DNA of 64,000 nucleotides from an uncultured Thermoleophilia bacterium (GCA_963702475.1 CAVPCT010000002.1:64001-128000), one strand, 5' to 3'. Shown: positions 1 to 10,272, counted from the stretch's first letter. Numbers and translations are program-made. Notes: a model not told the origin generated them from the sequence alone.

Positions 1-383
1 TCCTGCGGCTCCCAGGTGTCGAGGAAGGTCCGCACGACCGTCGCGCCCATGCTGCCGGCGTCCTCGCGCATCACGCGGCGCACGACCTCGCCGGGTTCGG
101 CGTGGAAGGTGAGTGCGGCCGAGAACAGCTTCTTCTTGGCGTCGAAGTAGTGGAGCACGAGGGCGGGATCGACCGCGGCGCGGGCGGCGATGCCGCGGAT
201 CGTGGCGCGGTCGTAGCCGAGCGCGGCGAACTCGAGGCGCGCGGCCTCGAGAATGGCCTCGCGCGTCTGGCCTTCGCCCGGGCGGCGCCCGCTGCGCCCG
301 CCGCCCGCAGCGGCCTTGGGCTGCTCCTGCCCTGCCGCGTGCGCCTCAGGGCGGGCGGACCGTCTGGGTGCGGAGGCGCTCAT
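1..383 (-). CDS. TetR/AcrR family transcriptional regulator (runs off window start)
   Basis: Manual minus-strand translation from ATG at 383: ...GQTREAILEAARLEFAALGYDRATIRGIAARAAVDPALVLHYF..., a classic TetR HTH. ATGA overlap with the MFS stop. Confidence 0.9.
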   Translation of the reverse strand, partial: MSASAPRRSARPEAHAAGQEQPKAAAGGGRSGRRPGEGQTREAILEAARLEFAALGYDRATIRGIAARAAVDPALVLHYFDAKKKLFSAALTFHAEPGEVVRRVMREDAGSMGATVVRTFLDTWEPQ

Positions 384-2140
384 TCCGCCTGGGCCGCCTC
401 CGCCACGGCTGCCTCGGCCTCGGCAGCGCTGTTCGCGCCCGGGCCGGGCTCTCGCCGCTCCCCGGGCGAGAGGTGGTCGCCCTGGTGCTCGCCGAGCCGG
501 CGACCGGTGAGGGCCGCGGGCACGACGGCCAGCAGGGCCGCGACCGCCGCGGCGTAGAAGGGCCAGGTGAATGCGCCGGCGACGTTGTCACGGTAGATCG
601 TGCCGATCGCCTCCGTGAGCTGCGCCTGCGTCTCGGCCATGGCGCTGCCGGCCGGCGCCTGCGGCGCGTCCTGCAGTGCCGCGTCCATGCCGGACAGGCC
701 GCTACCGCTCGACTGCGCCTGCTCCGCGGCCTTCACGATACCGGCGGCGATCGCGTCGCGGGCCACCGCCGGCAGCTCCGTCTGCTGCTGCACGTACTTG
801 ACGGCCTGCTTCGTCGCCGCCCGCCCCGCGTCCACCACGGTGTGCGAGAAGATGGCGACCACGATCGCCAGACCGAGCGAGAACCCCACCTGGCGTAGCG
901 TGTTGAGCGAGCCCGACCCGACCCCGGCCACCTCGGGCGGCAGCGACGCCATCGCCGCCGCCGACAGCGTCGGCATGGTGAATCCCATGCCGGCGCCGAT
1001 GAAGACGGCCCGCCAGGTGGCGTCCCATACCGTCGACTCGCCATCCAGCTGCGCGAGCAGCGCGAGACCGACGAAGAAGAACAGCGCTCCGATGACGGCC
1101 GGCGCCCGCGGCCCGATGCGGTCCACCAGGCGTCCGACGATGGGGGCGACGATCAGGGCAGTGAGGGGCATGGGCGTCACGGCCACCGCCGCCTCCAGCT
1201 CCGTGTACCCGAGCACGTTCACGAGAAAGAGCACCAGCAGGAACATGGACGCTCCGATGGCGGCGCCGATGAAGAACATGGCCGTGTTGGCGGCGGTGAA
1301 CGAGCGGATGCGCAGCAGGCGGAAGTCGAACATGGGCGACCGCGTGCGTCGCTCCCACCACACGAACAGCGGGTAGCTGACCGCGGCCGCGGCGAAGAGG
1401 CCGAGGACGGCCGGGGAGGTCCAGCCCCACCCGTTGCCCTGGATCAGCGCGAGCACCAGGCAGAAGAGGCCGACGGCCGAGACGAGGATGCCCGGCAGGT
1501 CGATGCCCTCCGCGCCGCGGTTGGGGCGGCGCTCGGGGATGATCCACAGCGCCATCACGATGGCGAGGATGCCCACGGGGATGTTGACGAAGAAGATCCA
1601 GTGCCACGACAGGTACTGGACGAGGAGGCCGCCGAGGGTGGGGCCGACCGCGGCGGCCACGGTGCCGAGCGCGCCCCAGAGGCCGACGGCAGCGCCGCGC
1701 TGCCGGGGCGGGAAGGCGGCGATGAGGATGGCCAGCGAGATGGGCGCCAGGGCGGCGCCGCCGATGCCCTGGCCGATGCGAAAGACGACGAGCCACTCGA
1801 TGGTGGGGGCCAGACCGCACAGCAGCGAGAACAGCGTGAACAGCACGAGGCCGGCGTAGACGAACACACGCTTCTGGCCGTACTTGTCGGAGACGCGGCC
1901 CATGGAGAGGAAGAGGACGGCCAGCGCCAGGCTGTAGGCGTTGATGACCCAGGAGACCTCGGTGACGCTCGCGTCGAGGTCCTCGATGATCGCCGGGATG
2001 GCGATGTTGACGATGGTCACGTCGAGCAGGGCCATGAACATGCCGAAGCTGACGGCCACGAGGATCCACCACTTGCGGGGGTGGCCCTGAGGGAGGCCGG
2101 CCGGCCCGGCGCCGAACGGGGCGGGGGTCGGGTCGTTCAC
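380..2140 (-). CDS. DHA2 (EmrB/QacA) family 14-TM MFS efflux transporter
   Basis: 586 aa with LDVTIVNIAIP, GRVSDKYGQKR and WHWIFFVNIPVG motifs. Confidence 0.92.
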   Translation of the reverse strand: MNDPTPAPFGAGPAGLPQGHPRKWWILVAVSFGMFMALLDVTIVNIAIPAIIEDLDASVTEVSWVINAYSLALAVLFLSMGRVSDKYGQKRVFVYAGLVLFTLFSLLCGLAPTIEWLVVFRIGQGIGGAALAPISLAILIAAFPPRQRGAAVGLWGALGTVAAAVGPTLGGLLVQYLSWHWIFFVNIPVGILAIVMALWIIPERRPNRGAEGIDLPGILVSAVGLFCLVLALIQGNGWGWTSPAVLGLFAAAAVSYPLFVWWERRTRSPMFDFRLLRIRSFTAANTAMFFIGAAIGASMFLLVLFLVNVLGYTELEAAVAVTPMPLTALIVAPIVGRLVDRIGPRAPAVIGALFFFVGLALLAQLDGESTVWDATWRAVFIGAGMGFTMPTLSAAAMASLPPEVAGVGSGSLNTLRQVGFSLGLAIVVAIFSHTVVDAGRAATKQAVKYVQQQTELPAVARDAIAAGIVKAAEQAQSSGSGLSGMDAALQDAPQAPAGSAMAETQAQLTEAIGTIYRDNVAGAFTWPFYAAAVAALLAVVPAALTGRRLGEHQGDHLSPGERREPGPGANSAAEAEAAVAEAAQAE

Positions 2141-3750
2141 GCGGGCGTCCTTTCGGGTGGATGGAGGTACGTGCCGCTTCCGGCGCGCACCATGCCGACG
2201 AAGGTCTCCTCGAGGGTCGCCGGGACGACGCGCAGGTTGGCCGTGAGGCCGGCGGCGTCGAGCGCCACACGCACGGCGTCGGGTCCGGCCTCGGGCACAC
2301 GCAGCGTCTCACCGACGAGGGCGGCATCCAGGCCGGCGCGCTGCAGGGCCGCGAACGCGGCCTCCCAGCGCGCGCAGCGCACCTCGACCGCCTGGCGGGC
2401 GCCGACGATGCGCTCCTGGGTGCCGTCGGCCACGACGCGTCCGGCGTCCATGATGACGAGCCGGTCGCAGTAGACGGCCTCGTCGAGGTGGTGGGTCGTG
2501 ACGAGGACGCCGGCACCGCCGGCCGCGGCCTGCGCGACGGATTCCCAGAGCCGCCCCCGCGCGCGCGGGTCCACGCCTGAGGTGGGCTCGTCCAGGACGA
2601 GCAGCTCAGGCCGGTGGGCGAGCGCCGCCGCGAAGGCGAGACGGCGGCGCAGTCCGAGCGGGACGCTTCGGACCAGGTCGTCCCGGTGCGTTTCGAGGTC
2701 GGGTTCGAGGCGCGGCGCGGCGTCCCCGAAGGCCCGTGCCGCGAAGCCGAGGTTCTCGGCCACGGTGAGATCCTCCCACAGGCCGAGGCCCTGGGGCACG
2801 TAGCCGAGGCGCAGGCGCGTCCGCCGCGACGGGCGCAGCCCGAACAGGCGGACGGCGCCCGCTGTGGGTCGCAGGAGCCCCAGCAGCAGGCGGATCAGCG
2901 TGGTCTTGCCGGCGCCGTTGGCGCCGAGCAGCCCGACGACCTCGCCCGCTCGGACCGTGAGGTCCACGCGGTCGACGGCCGTGGCGGCGCCGAAGCGGCG
3001 GACCACGGCCTCCGCTTCGGCCTGCGGCCGCCCGGACGCGGGGCACGGCCCGGATTCGCGAGTCGCGTCGGTCCGCCCCGGCGCCGCGGCGGCTCCTCCG
3101 CCTCCCTCCGGGCCCGCTGCCACCTCGTCCGGCGGGCCGGCGGCGACGGCGCGTCCGTCGTCGAGGAGGAGCACGTACGCGGCGCGCCGCGCCTCGTCCG
3201 GATAGGTGGTGGAGACGAGCACCCCGGCGCCGCCCGCGGCGGCGCCGGCGATCAGCCGCCACAGCTCGGCCCGGCTCACTGGGTCCACGCCCGTGGTCGG
3301 CTCGTCGAGCACGAGCAGGTCCGGGCGGTGCAGCATGGCGAGCGCGAAGGCGAGCTTCTGCTGCATACCGCCAGAGAGCTTGCCGGCGAGGCGGCCGTCG
3401 ACTCCGGTGAGTCCCGCGCCGGCCAGCAGGAGCTCGCGGCGCGTGGCCAGCTCGCCGGGCGGCACGCCGTAGGCGCCGGCCACGAAGTCCACGTTCTCCT
3501 TCACCGTCAGGTCGGTGTACAGGCCGGATGCGCCCGACACGTAGCCGAGGCGCTCGCGTCGCGGACTCCGCACCGCGCCGCTCGCCGGCCGGGTCACGCC
3601 GGCCAAGGCGCGCAGCAGCGTCGACTTGCCGGCGCCGTCGCCGCCGATGACGGCCGTCACGGCGCCGGCCGGCACCTCCAGCGACACATCGTCGAGCGCG
3701 AGCCGACGACCGTATCGCACACTGACGTGGTCCAGGCCCCACGCGCTCAC
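2137..3750 (-). CDS. ABC transporter ATP-binding protein with two ATPase domains
   Basis: Two Walker A motifs (GGDGAGKST, GANGAGKTT), LSGGMQQK signature, two LDEPT Walker B. GTG at 3750 overlaps the permease stop. Confidence 0.9.
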   Translation of the reverse strand: MSAWGLDHVSVRYGRRLALDDVSLEVPAGAVTAVIGGDGAGKSTLLRALAGVTRPASGAVRSPRRERLGYVSGASGLYTDLTVKENVDFVAGAYGVPPGELATRRELLLAGAGLTGVDGRLAGKLSGGMQQKLAFALAMLHRPDLLVLDEPTTGVDPVSRAELWRLIAGAAAGGAGVLVSTTYPDEARRAAYVLLLDDGRAVAAGPPDEVAAGPEGGGGAAAAPGRTDATRESGPCPASGRPQAEAEAVVRRFGAATAVDRVDLTVRAGEVVGLLGANGAGKTTLIRLLLGLLRPTAGAVRLFGLRPSRRTRLRLGYVPQGLGLWEDLTVAENLGFAARAFGDAAPRLEPDLETHRDDLVRSVPLGLRRRLAFAAALAHRPELLVLDEPTSGVDPRARGRLWESVAQAAAGGAGVLVTTHHLDEAVYCDRLVIMDAGRVVADGTQERIVGARQAVEVRCARWEAAFAALQRAGLDAALVGETLRVPEAGPDAVRVALDAAGLTANLRVVPATLEETFVGMVRAGSGTYLHPPERTPA

Positions 3751-4862
3751 GCCGGTGTCTCCGTCTGCGCGCGGCCGGCCGGGCCCTCTTCCGGGCCCCG
3801 GCCGGCCGCCGGCGCCAGCTCGCGGCGGAACCGCAGGGTCGACGCCGTGAACACCACGGCCGCCATCACCGCCAGGACCACCAGCGGGACCCAGAGGGCG
3901 TCCAGCGGCGCGCCGCGGACCATCACGCCGCGCGCCACTTTGATGAAGTACGTCAAGGGGAGGATGTAGCCGATCCAGCGCACCGCCCACGGCATCGAGT
4001 ACAGAGGGAAGAACAGGCCGCTCAGCAGGAACTGCGGCAGCAGCGTCATCATGGCGAGCTGGATGGCCTGGCCCTGCGTCTGCGACACCGTGGAGATCAG
4101 CACGCCGATGCCGAGCGTCGTGAAGAGGAAGAGGGCCGCGCCGAGCGCGAACACCGCCACGGAGCCGCGGAACGGTACGTCGAACAACAGCATGCCGGCC
4201 GCCACGACGATGAGCATGTCGATCGCGGCGATGACGAGGTACGGGGCGATCTTGCCTACGAACACGTCACGCGGACGGAACGGCATGACGGCGAGCTGCT
4301 CCATGGTGCCGGCCTGTCGCTCACGGACCACCCCGAGCGCCGTGGCCACGGTCCCGACGAACACCAGGATGATGCCGCACAGGCCCGGGATCATGATCAC
4401 CGCCGTGCGCAGCTCCGGGTTGAAGAGGATCCTGGGCCGGACGGCGCCGGCCGCCCCGAGGGACCCGGCACCTCCGGACCCGCTCGCCTGCGCCGTGGTC
4501 TCCGCCAGGGCGCGGAGCGCGGCCTGGGCGGCGAACAGCTCCGTACCGTCCACGAGGAGGAGCGGTGCGCCCCCTTCGGAGGAGGTCACCACCGCGGCCA
4601 CGGCCCCGCCGCGCCGCAGGGAGTCCTCAGCCTCCTTCTCGCCGGCGTCAGGCCGGACGTCCACCACGCTGAATTGCTCCGGCAGCAGTGCGGCGGCGAT
4701 GCGCGCTCCCGGCCCGGCGACCAGCGTCGGCACTTCTTTGATGTCGAAGCTGGCCGCGTACCCGAACACGACGAGGAACACGAACGGCAGGAGGAACAAC
4801 ATGGCTACGGTGCGGCGGTCCCGTCGCAGCTGGCGGAACTCCTTGAGCGCGATGGCCCACAT
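3747..4862 (-). CDS. ABC-2 type permease (YbhS/YbhR-like)
   Basis: KEFRQLRRDRRT N-terminus, RERQAGTMEQL, LLSGLFFP, LPLTYF. Confidence 0.9.
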   Translation of the reverse strand: MWAIALKEFRQLRRDRRTVAMLFLLPFVFLVVFGYAASFDIKEVPTLVAGPGARIAAALLPEQFSVVDVRPDAGEKEAEDSLRRGGAVAAVVTSSEGGAPLLLVDGTELFAAQAALRALAETTAQASGSGGAGSLGAAGAVRPRILFNPELRTAVIMIPGLCGIILVFVGTVATALGVVRERQAGTMEQLAVMPFRPRDVFVGKIAPYLVIAAIDMLIVVAAGMLLFDVPFRGSVAVFALGAALFLFTTLGIGVLISTVSQTQGQAIQLAMMTLLPQFLLSGLFFPLYSMPWAVRWIGYILPLTYFIKVARGVMVRGAPLDALWVPLVVLAVMAAVVFTASTLRFRRELAPAAGRGPEEGPAGRAQTETPA

Positions 4863-4896
4863 CGGCGCGGCTCCCTTCGGCCATGGACTCAGAGAT

Positions 4897-4932
4897 AATT
4901 CAACGCCCGTAGAATTCTACATGCGTTGAATT
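4897..4932. promoter_or_regulatory. 36-bp palindromic operator, probably bound by the operon's TetR
   Basis: AATTCAACGC-cc-GTAGAATTCTAC-at-GCGTTGAATT, dyad-symmetric and AT-rich, about 35 bp upstream of the efflux operon. Confidence 0.7.
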
Positions 4933-5166
4933 GTGAGTGTCAATTGCCGAATCCGACAAGATTCGGCACCCCTGCGCACGTGTGGGCGGACCTGTGCGAG
5001 GCCGTGCGCATTGCCGAATCAGAAACGTCGACGTGCGTCCGTCTTCTCCTGCCCTTGCTGGCAAGTTCGCCGGTCTGGTAGGTTTCACTCCCCCGACGGC
5101 TCCGCCGGCCGCCGCGGGCAGCCGCGGCACCCGTGCTTCGCCCCGCGGCCCCGGAGGGAGGCGCAG

Positions 5167-6201
5167 GTGTCCCGCAGTCACTCGTATCGTGTGCTCGCCG
5201 CCGCCGCGCTGGCCGGCCTCGTGCTGCTCGCCGCCGTGGCCGTGGCCTCGTCCCTGCCGGAGACCCTGCGCGCCGCGGAGGCCCAGCTTCTCTCGGCGCG
5301 CGCGCAGGCTGAGCGGCTCGCGGCGCAGATCGCCGACCTCGACGCCGGTATCGCCGCGGCCGCCGACAGGTGCGGCCGGGCAGGCGACCGGCTCCGCGAG
5401 TCCCGCGAGGACATCCGTGTGAACCGGCGGCTGCAGGACACGGGGCGCAAGGACCTGGCCGAGGCCCGGGCGACGCTGGCGCAGCGCGCCGTGGCTCTCT
5501 ACAAGCAGGACGACATCTCCACGCTCGCCGCCATCCTGAGCGCCGACGACTTCGCCGCGATGGTCGGCCACCTCTCCCTGGTGCACGAGGTCGTCAGCGC
5601 CGACAAGGACATCCTGCGCAGGGTCGAACAGGCTCAGCGCCGCCTGCAGCGACGGGCGGCGGCGCTGGCCGCGGACGAACGCGCCGCCGCGCGCCTCGTG
5701 CGGCGGCGCGACCGCGAGCTCGCCGCCATCAGGGCGCAGCTCGACGAGCGGCAGGCGCTCCTCGACAGCACTCGCGCCGACATCCGGCGGTTCGTGGCGG
5801 CGCAGACCGCGCCGGCGCCGGTCGCGTCCCGCGCCACGTCGAGCGGTGACGCCTCCGGCGGCAGCACCGGCGAAGGCGCCGGCGGCGACTCGGCCGGGGG
5901 CAGCGGACCGTGGTGGCCGCTCATCGAACAGGCCGCCGGGGTGAACGGCGTGAGCGCCCGCGGCATGTACCGCCTCATGATGATCGAGTCGGGCGGCGAC
6001 GCCTCGGTAGTCGGCCCCGGCGGCTTCTTCGGTCTGTTCCAGTACGCGCCGACCACCTGGAAGGGCTCGTGGAACCCGTACCGCGGCCACAGCATCACCG
6101 ACGGTGCGGCGCAGATCAAAGCCACGGCGCTGGCCATCAAGCTCGGCTACGGCCACGCGTGGTGGGACCCGTCGTACACCTACGCGTTCGGCGGAGGGTG
6201 A
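5167..6201 (+). CDS. Secreted coiled-coil (PcsB/CwlO-like) protein with C-terminal lytic transglycosylase/Rpf-like domain
   Basis: Signal peptide, long coiled coil, then MMIESGGD...GLFQY..TTW lysozyme-like motifs. Confidence 0.75.
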   Translation: MSRSHSYRVLAAAALAGLVLLAAVAVASSLPETLRAAEAQLLSARAQAERLAAQIADLDAGIAAAADRCGRAGDRLRESREDIRVNRRLQDTGRKDLAEARATLAQRAVALYKQDDISTLAAILSADDFAAMVGHLSLVHEVVSADKDILRRVEQAQRRLQRRAAALAADERAAARLVRRRDRELAAIRAQLDERQALLDSTRADIRRFVAAQTAPAPVASRATSSGDASGGSTGEGAGGDSAGGSGPWWPLIEQAAGVNGVSARGMYRLMMIESGGDASVVGPGGFFGLFQYAPTTWKGSWNPYRGHSITDGAAQIKATALAIKLGYGHAWWDPSYTYAFGGG

Positions 6202-6854
6202 ACACGCCACTGCTGATGCTCGACTACGACGGTGTCGTGGTCGACTCGTTCGAGATCTTCTCCGCGGCGTTCCTGCTCGGTTGCCGGCGCGAAGGCCTCG
6301 AACGCGTCGCGACGCAGGACGACGTGCTCAACCTGTTCGCCGGCAACGTGTACGACAGCATGCGTGCCGCCGGCGCCGACGACGCGCAGGTCGTCCGCGT
6401 GGTCCGTGCCTCGGCGGACGCCATGCGGGTGGCCATGCCGGCTCTGCACCCGTTCCCTCTCATGCCCGCGGTGCTGGGCGAGCTGGGCGAGGCCAGGCAC
6501 CTCGCCGTGGTGACCTCCAACACGGCGGACGTGGTGGCGGCGTTCCTGCGGCGCCACGATATCGCCGGCGTCGCCGAGGTCGCCGGGGCGGAGGCCGGGC
6601 ACAGCAAGGTCCGCAAGATCGAGGAGCTCATCGGGCGCTTCCCGGGGCAGGACGTCTACTGGTTCGTGGGCGATACGGCGGGGGACATGCGCGAGGCCCG
6701 GCTCGCCGGCGCAACGCCGGTGGGCGTCGCCTGGGGCTGGCACGGGACGGACCAGCTGGAGGAGGCCGGTGCGGAGCGCATCGCGCAGACGCCGGCCGAC
6801 CTGCTGGCCATCGTGGCGCCCGAGCTGACCGCCGACTTTCTGGGCTCGGGCTGA
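6198..6854 (+). CDS. HAD family hydrolase (phosphoglycolate phosphatase-like)
   Basis: DYDGVVVDS motif I, VTSN, FVGDTAGD, GVAWGW. GTGA overlap with the upstream gene. Confidence 0.88.
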   Translation: MNTPLLMLDYDGVVVDSFEIFSAAFLLGCRREGLERVATQDDVLNLFAGNVYDSMRAAGADDAQVVRVVRASADAMRVAMPALHPFPLMPAVLGELGEARHLAVVTSNTADVVAAFLRRHDIAGVAEVAGAEAGHSKVRKIEELIGRFPGQDVYWFVGDTAGDMREARLAGATPVGVAWGWHGTDQLEEAGAERIAQTPADLLAIVAPELTADFLGSG

Positions 6855-6918
6855 CGGCGGCACCCGGCTGCCGCGGCCCCTCCCGGCATGTCGCCACCGC
6901 TTCGGGCGGCTCGGTGCG

Positions 6919-8067
6919 TCAGCGTCCGCGAGCGCGCGCGCCGGTCTCGCGGTGTGCGCCGGCGGCGCGGCCGTTGCCGCCTGCCACCGGGGCCGACTCT
7001 CCGCGCAGCCCGTACATGCCGGGCCCCCGGTCCTCGAGGACCGGGGAGTAGGCGACCCGGTTGTTGAAGCTCGAGCGCTTCATGCCTGCGGCCAGGCACA
7101 GCTGCTCGAGCTCGTGCCGTTCCATCACGCCTCCGTGGGCCTGGAGCAGGCGCACCAGTGTGAGCTCGGTGGTCTCGAGCACGTCCGCAAGCGGCACCGG
7201 AAGGACGAGGCGCACGCGGTCGTCCTTCACGACGAACCCGGGGACGCGCTCGCAGAGCTCCCCGAGGATGTACTCGGGCATGACGAACTCCTTCATGCGC
7301 TCGTCGCGTCGCACGCCCGCGTGCAGGTCGGCGAGCGTGGCGTCTCCGGCGATGCTGAGGATCTTGACGACTCGTGTGACCACGGCGTTCCTTGCCACCG
7401 ACGGCAGGCAGAACCAGCCGGTCCGCCGTTCGAGCCAGACGAAGTCGGACGGCTCTGATACGACGGCGAGCACCAGCTCGTCGTCCACCCACACGCCGAG
7501 GTTCGCCGCGACGCGCCCCGTGACGTCGCTCACGCGGGCGGCGCCGGCCCGCCGCACGATGGCGCGCGCGGTATCGACGATCGCCGCGATCACCTCGGAG
7601 GTGTCGGCCGTGGGGTCGGGAGGATTGGGGAGGACGACGCGCACGTCCTTGACAACGGCGAGTGTGAAGGGGGCCTCGTGTCCGAGGATCTCGGCGGCGC
7701 GCAGCAGGCCGGCGGGATCGAACGGGTGCGCGGCGATGTGCTCGTCGGCGAGACGCCGCGCGAGGTGCTTGGCCGTCGTGGGCGCGGCGTCTGCGGCGGC
7801 CAGCAGCGCGCGACGGAGCACCGGCGCCGGCACCCCGCCGCGATCGAGGTCGGCACCGGCGCGGATGCGCGTCGCCAGCCGTTCGCAGAGCTGCCGCACG
7901 CGTTCGCGTGTGATGCCACCGAACTCGCGGCCGGCAGCCTCGAGCGTGATGCCGCCGTGTCCGTCCCAGCCCCACTGGCGCACGCCCACGCGGGCCGTGC
8001 GACCGGGTTCGGCGCGCTCGGCGACGGCGGCGAGCTCGGCCTCGAGCGAAGGGGAGGAGGGTTCCAC
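6919..8067 (-). CDS. Hypothetical protein with N-terminal sigma70 region-4-like HTH
   Basis: ITLEAAGREFGGITRERVRQL resembles the sigma r4 HTH; the remainder is unassigned. Confidence 0.6.
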   Translation of the reverse strand: MEPSSPSLEAELAAVAERAEPGRTARVGVRQWGWDGHGGITLEAAGREFGGITRERVRQLCERLATRIRAGADLDRGGVPAPVLRRALLAAADAAPTTAKHLARRLADEHIAAHPFDPAGLLRAAEILGHEAPFTLAVVKDVRVVLPNPPDPTADTSEVIAAIVDTARAIVRRAGAARVSDVTGRVAANLGVWVDDELVLAVVSEPSDFVWLERRTGWFCLPSVARNAVVTRVVKILSIAGDATLADLHAGVRRDERMKEFVMPEYILGELCERVPGFVVKDDRVRLVLPVPLADVLETTELTLVRLLQAHGGVMERHELEQLCLAAGMKRSSFNNRVAYSPVLEDRGPGMYGLRGESAPVAGGNGRAAGAHRETGARARGR

Positions 8068-8246
8068 GCGCTCAGGATACACCAGGCGTCTCGCCGTCCC
8101 ACACCCGAGCGGCGCCTTGTCAAGGCGCGGCCGGGTGCACGGCGGCCCTCGCCCCGGGGCGTGGGCAGAACGGCGCTCTCCCACCCCCGCGGGCGGTGCA
8201 CTATGATGGGCGTCGGATACTGACGGCCGCACCCCAGGGGGAGCCG

Positions 8247-9086
8247 ATGGCCACCGAGAAAGCCAAGAAGAGGCACGACGAGAGCACCTCCGGCCACGGC
8301 GGCCACAGGGAGAAGCTCGACCTCAAGACGTACGAGGCGGAGCTGGTCAAGCTCCAGATCGAGCTGGTCAAGCTGCAGGAGTGGATCAAGCACGCCGGCT
8401 TGCGCGTCGCCGTGATCTTCGAGGGCCGCGACGCGGCCGGCAAGGGCGGCACCATCAAGCGCGTCACCGAGCACCTCAACCCCCGCGTGGTGAGCATCGC
8501 CGCGCTCGGCACGCCCAACGATCGCGAGCGCACCGAGTGGTACTTCCAGCGGTACGTGGAGCAGCTGCCCGCGGCCGGCGAGATGGTCCTGTTCGACCGC
8601 TCCTGGTACAACCGCGCCGGTGTTGAGCGCGTCATGGGGTTCTGCACCGAGGACGAGGTGTGGGAGTTCTTCCGCACCTGCCCGGAGTTCGAGCGCATGC
8701 TCATCCGCAGCGGCATCATCCTGCTCAAGTACTGGTTCAGCGTGAGCGACGAGGAGCAGGAACGGCGCTTCCAGAGCCGCCTCAAGGATCCTCTCAAGCT
8801 GTGGAAGCTCAGCCCGATGGACCTGGAGAGCCGCCTGCGTTGGGTGGAGTACTCCAAGGCCAAGGACGAGATGTTCTCGTACACCGACACCAAGGACTCG
8901 CCCTGGTGGGTGGTGGACGCGGAGGACAAGCGCCGAGCGCGTCTCAATATGATCCACCACCTGCTGTCCGTGATCCCGTACGAGGACGTCCTGCCCAAGG
9001 ACCTCAAGCTGGCGGACAGGCCGCCGGAGAAGGGCTACGTGCGGTCGCCCATGGACTCCCAGACGTTCGTGCCCGAGGCCTTCTGA
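8247..9086 (+). CDS. ppk2: Polyphosphate kinase 2
   Basis: FEGRDAAGKGG, DRSWYNRAGVERVMGFC, WKLSPMD. Confidence 0.96.
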   Translation: MATEKAKKRHDESTSGHGGHREKLDLKTYEAELVKLQIELVKLQEWIKHAGLRVAVIFEGRDAAGKGGTIKRVTEHLNPRVVSIAALGTPNDRERTEWYFQRYVEQLPAAGEMVLFDRSWYNRAGVERVMGFCTEDEVWEFFRTCPEFERMLIRSGIILLKYWFSVSDEEQERRFQSRLKDPLKLWKLSPMDLESRLRWVEYSKAKDEMFSYTDTKDSPWWVVDAEDKRRARLNMIHHLLSVIPYEDVLPKDLKLADRPPEKGYVRSPMDSQTFVPEAF

Positions 9087-9193
9087 CCGCGGCAGGTTCC
9101 CCGCGACGGGGCCGGTTCACGCGAGACGACGCCGGCGCACGTGTGAGCGCAGAGGCCGGAACGGGTATGCAGGGATCACCGAAGGAGAGTGCC

Positions 9194-9343
9194 ATGGACG
9201 ATCAGCTGCAACGCCCCCGCGAGAAGGTAGCCGCCGCCGAGCGCGACGAGAAGCGTACCCTGATGGCTGTCGGTGTCGCCGTGCTCTGGCTGGCGATTTT
9301 TCTGCTGGTAGCAGGAACGCTGGCCGCGCGCGGGCTCTTCTAG
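9194..9343 (+). CDS. Small single-TM hypothetical protein (49 aa)
   Basis: AAGGAG RBS, ATG, C-terminal hydrophobic helix. Confidence 0.55.
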   Translation: MDDQLQRPREKVAAAERDEKRTLMAVGVAVLWLAIFLLVAGTLAARGLF

Positions 9344-9475
9344 ACCCGGCGCATCGGCGTGACCGGCCGGCCCCCGCGAGCGCAGCTCGCGGGGGCCGGC
9401 CGCGTCTCGGGGGCACGCGGCCGCTTCCCCGGCCGGGCCGCCGGCCCAGGCGCGGTGGCGGGCCGAGTGGGGCGG

Positions 9476-9757
9476 TCAGTCGGTGGCGTCCTCGCCCCCG
9501 AACGGTTCGCCGATGAACGGCAGGTCGGGAAGGTCGGCCAGGGCACGGAGCGCGAGGCTGGCGGCAAGCGCGGCCAGATCGGTGAGGCCGGGATGCGGGT
9601 CGTCGCTGAGACGCGCGGCGAGCGCGTCGAAGCCGGCGCTGGCCTCTGCGATGTGATCGGACGTCGCCGCTCGAGAGGAGCCTGCCGCGCTCTCGGGCAC
9701 GCACACCACCCACGCGAGGTGCTCGTCGACGCCGATGAGGGTGGTGGGGAGAGACAT
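9476..9757 (-). CDS. Hypothetical protein (93 aa)
   Basis: Strong GAAAGGAG RBS before the ATG; GC3-rich codons. Confidence 0.55.
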   Translation of the reverse strand: MSLPTTLIGVDEHLAWVVCVPESAAGSSRAATSDHIAEASAGFDALAARLSDDPHPGLTDLAALAASLALRALADLPDLPFIGEPFGGEDATD

Positions 9758-10042
9758 CCGGCTCCTTTCGCGAGATGTTGCGGCGCGGTCGCCCTCGGCG
9801 GACCCCGCCTCGAGGTGGCGAACGCCGCCGCCGGTCGGGCAGCGACACGCGGTCTGCAGCGACCGGTCGCGGGCACGGCGCGCGGCGCCCTTGTGGGGCC
9901 GGCAGGTCGGCGGCGGCGTTCGCTGATGAGGGTAGCAGGCGCGGCGGACGGAACTCCGCGCGCGTCCGCCGGGTGTTCCCCAACACTCCGGATGCGGGTA
10001 CTATGCTCCGCACACTCACGGCTTTCCAGCGAAGGAGACGGC

Positions 10043-10258
10043 ATGTCCGACAGCGTCTACAAGGTCATGGAAGTGATCGGCTCGAGCCCCACGTCGTGGG
10101 AAGAGGCGGCACGCAACGCCGTCGAGAAGGCCGGTATCCATCGCGAGGACCTGCGCGTGGCCGAGGCAGTCGAGTTCGATATGAAGATCGACAACAAGCA
10201 GATCGTGGCCTACCGCACCAAGGTGAAGATCTCCTACAAGTACCACGAGATGGTCTGA
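10043..10258 (+). CDS. Dodecin (flavin-binding)
   Basis: MSDSVYKVMEVIGSSPTSWEEAARNAVEKA...YRTKVKISYK; AAGGAG RBS. Confidence 0.9.
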   Translation: MSDSVYKVMEVIGSSPTSWEEAARNAVEKAGIHREDLRVAEAVEFDMKIDNKQIVAYRTKVKISYKYHEMV

Positions 10259-10272
10259 CAGATCTCGCACGA

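Noticed and set aside
5030-5165. c-di-AMP (ydaO) riboswitch upstream of the transglycosylase-like gene
   Set aside because: The context fits, but the conserved GCTGAATCC, GGGGAACC and GTCAGCTAAC elements are not visible.
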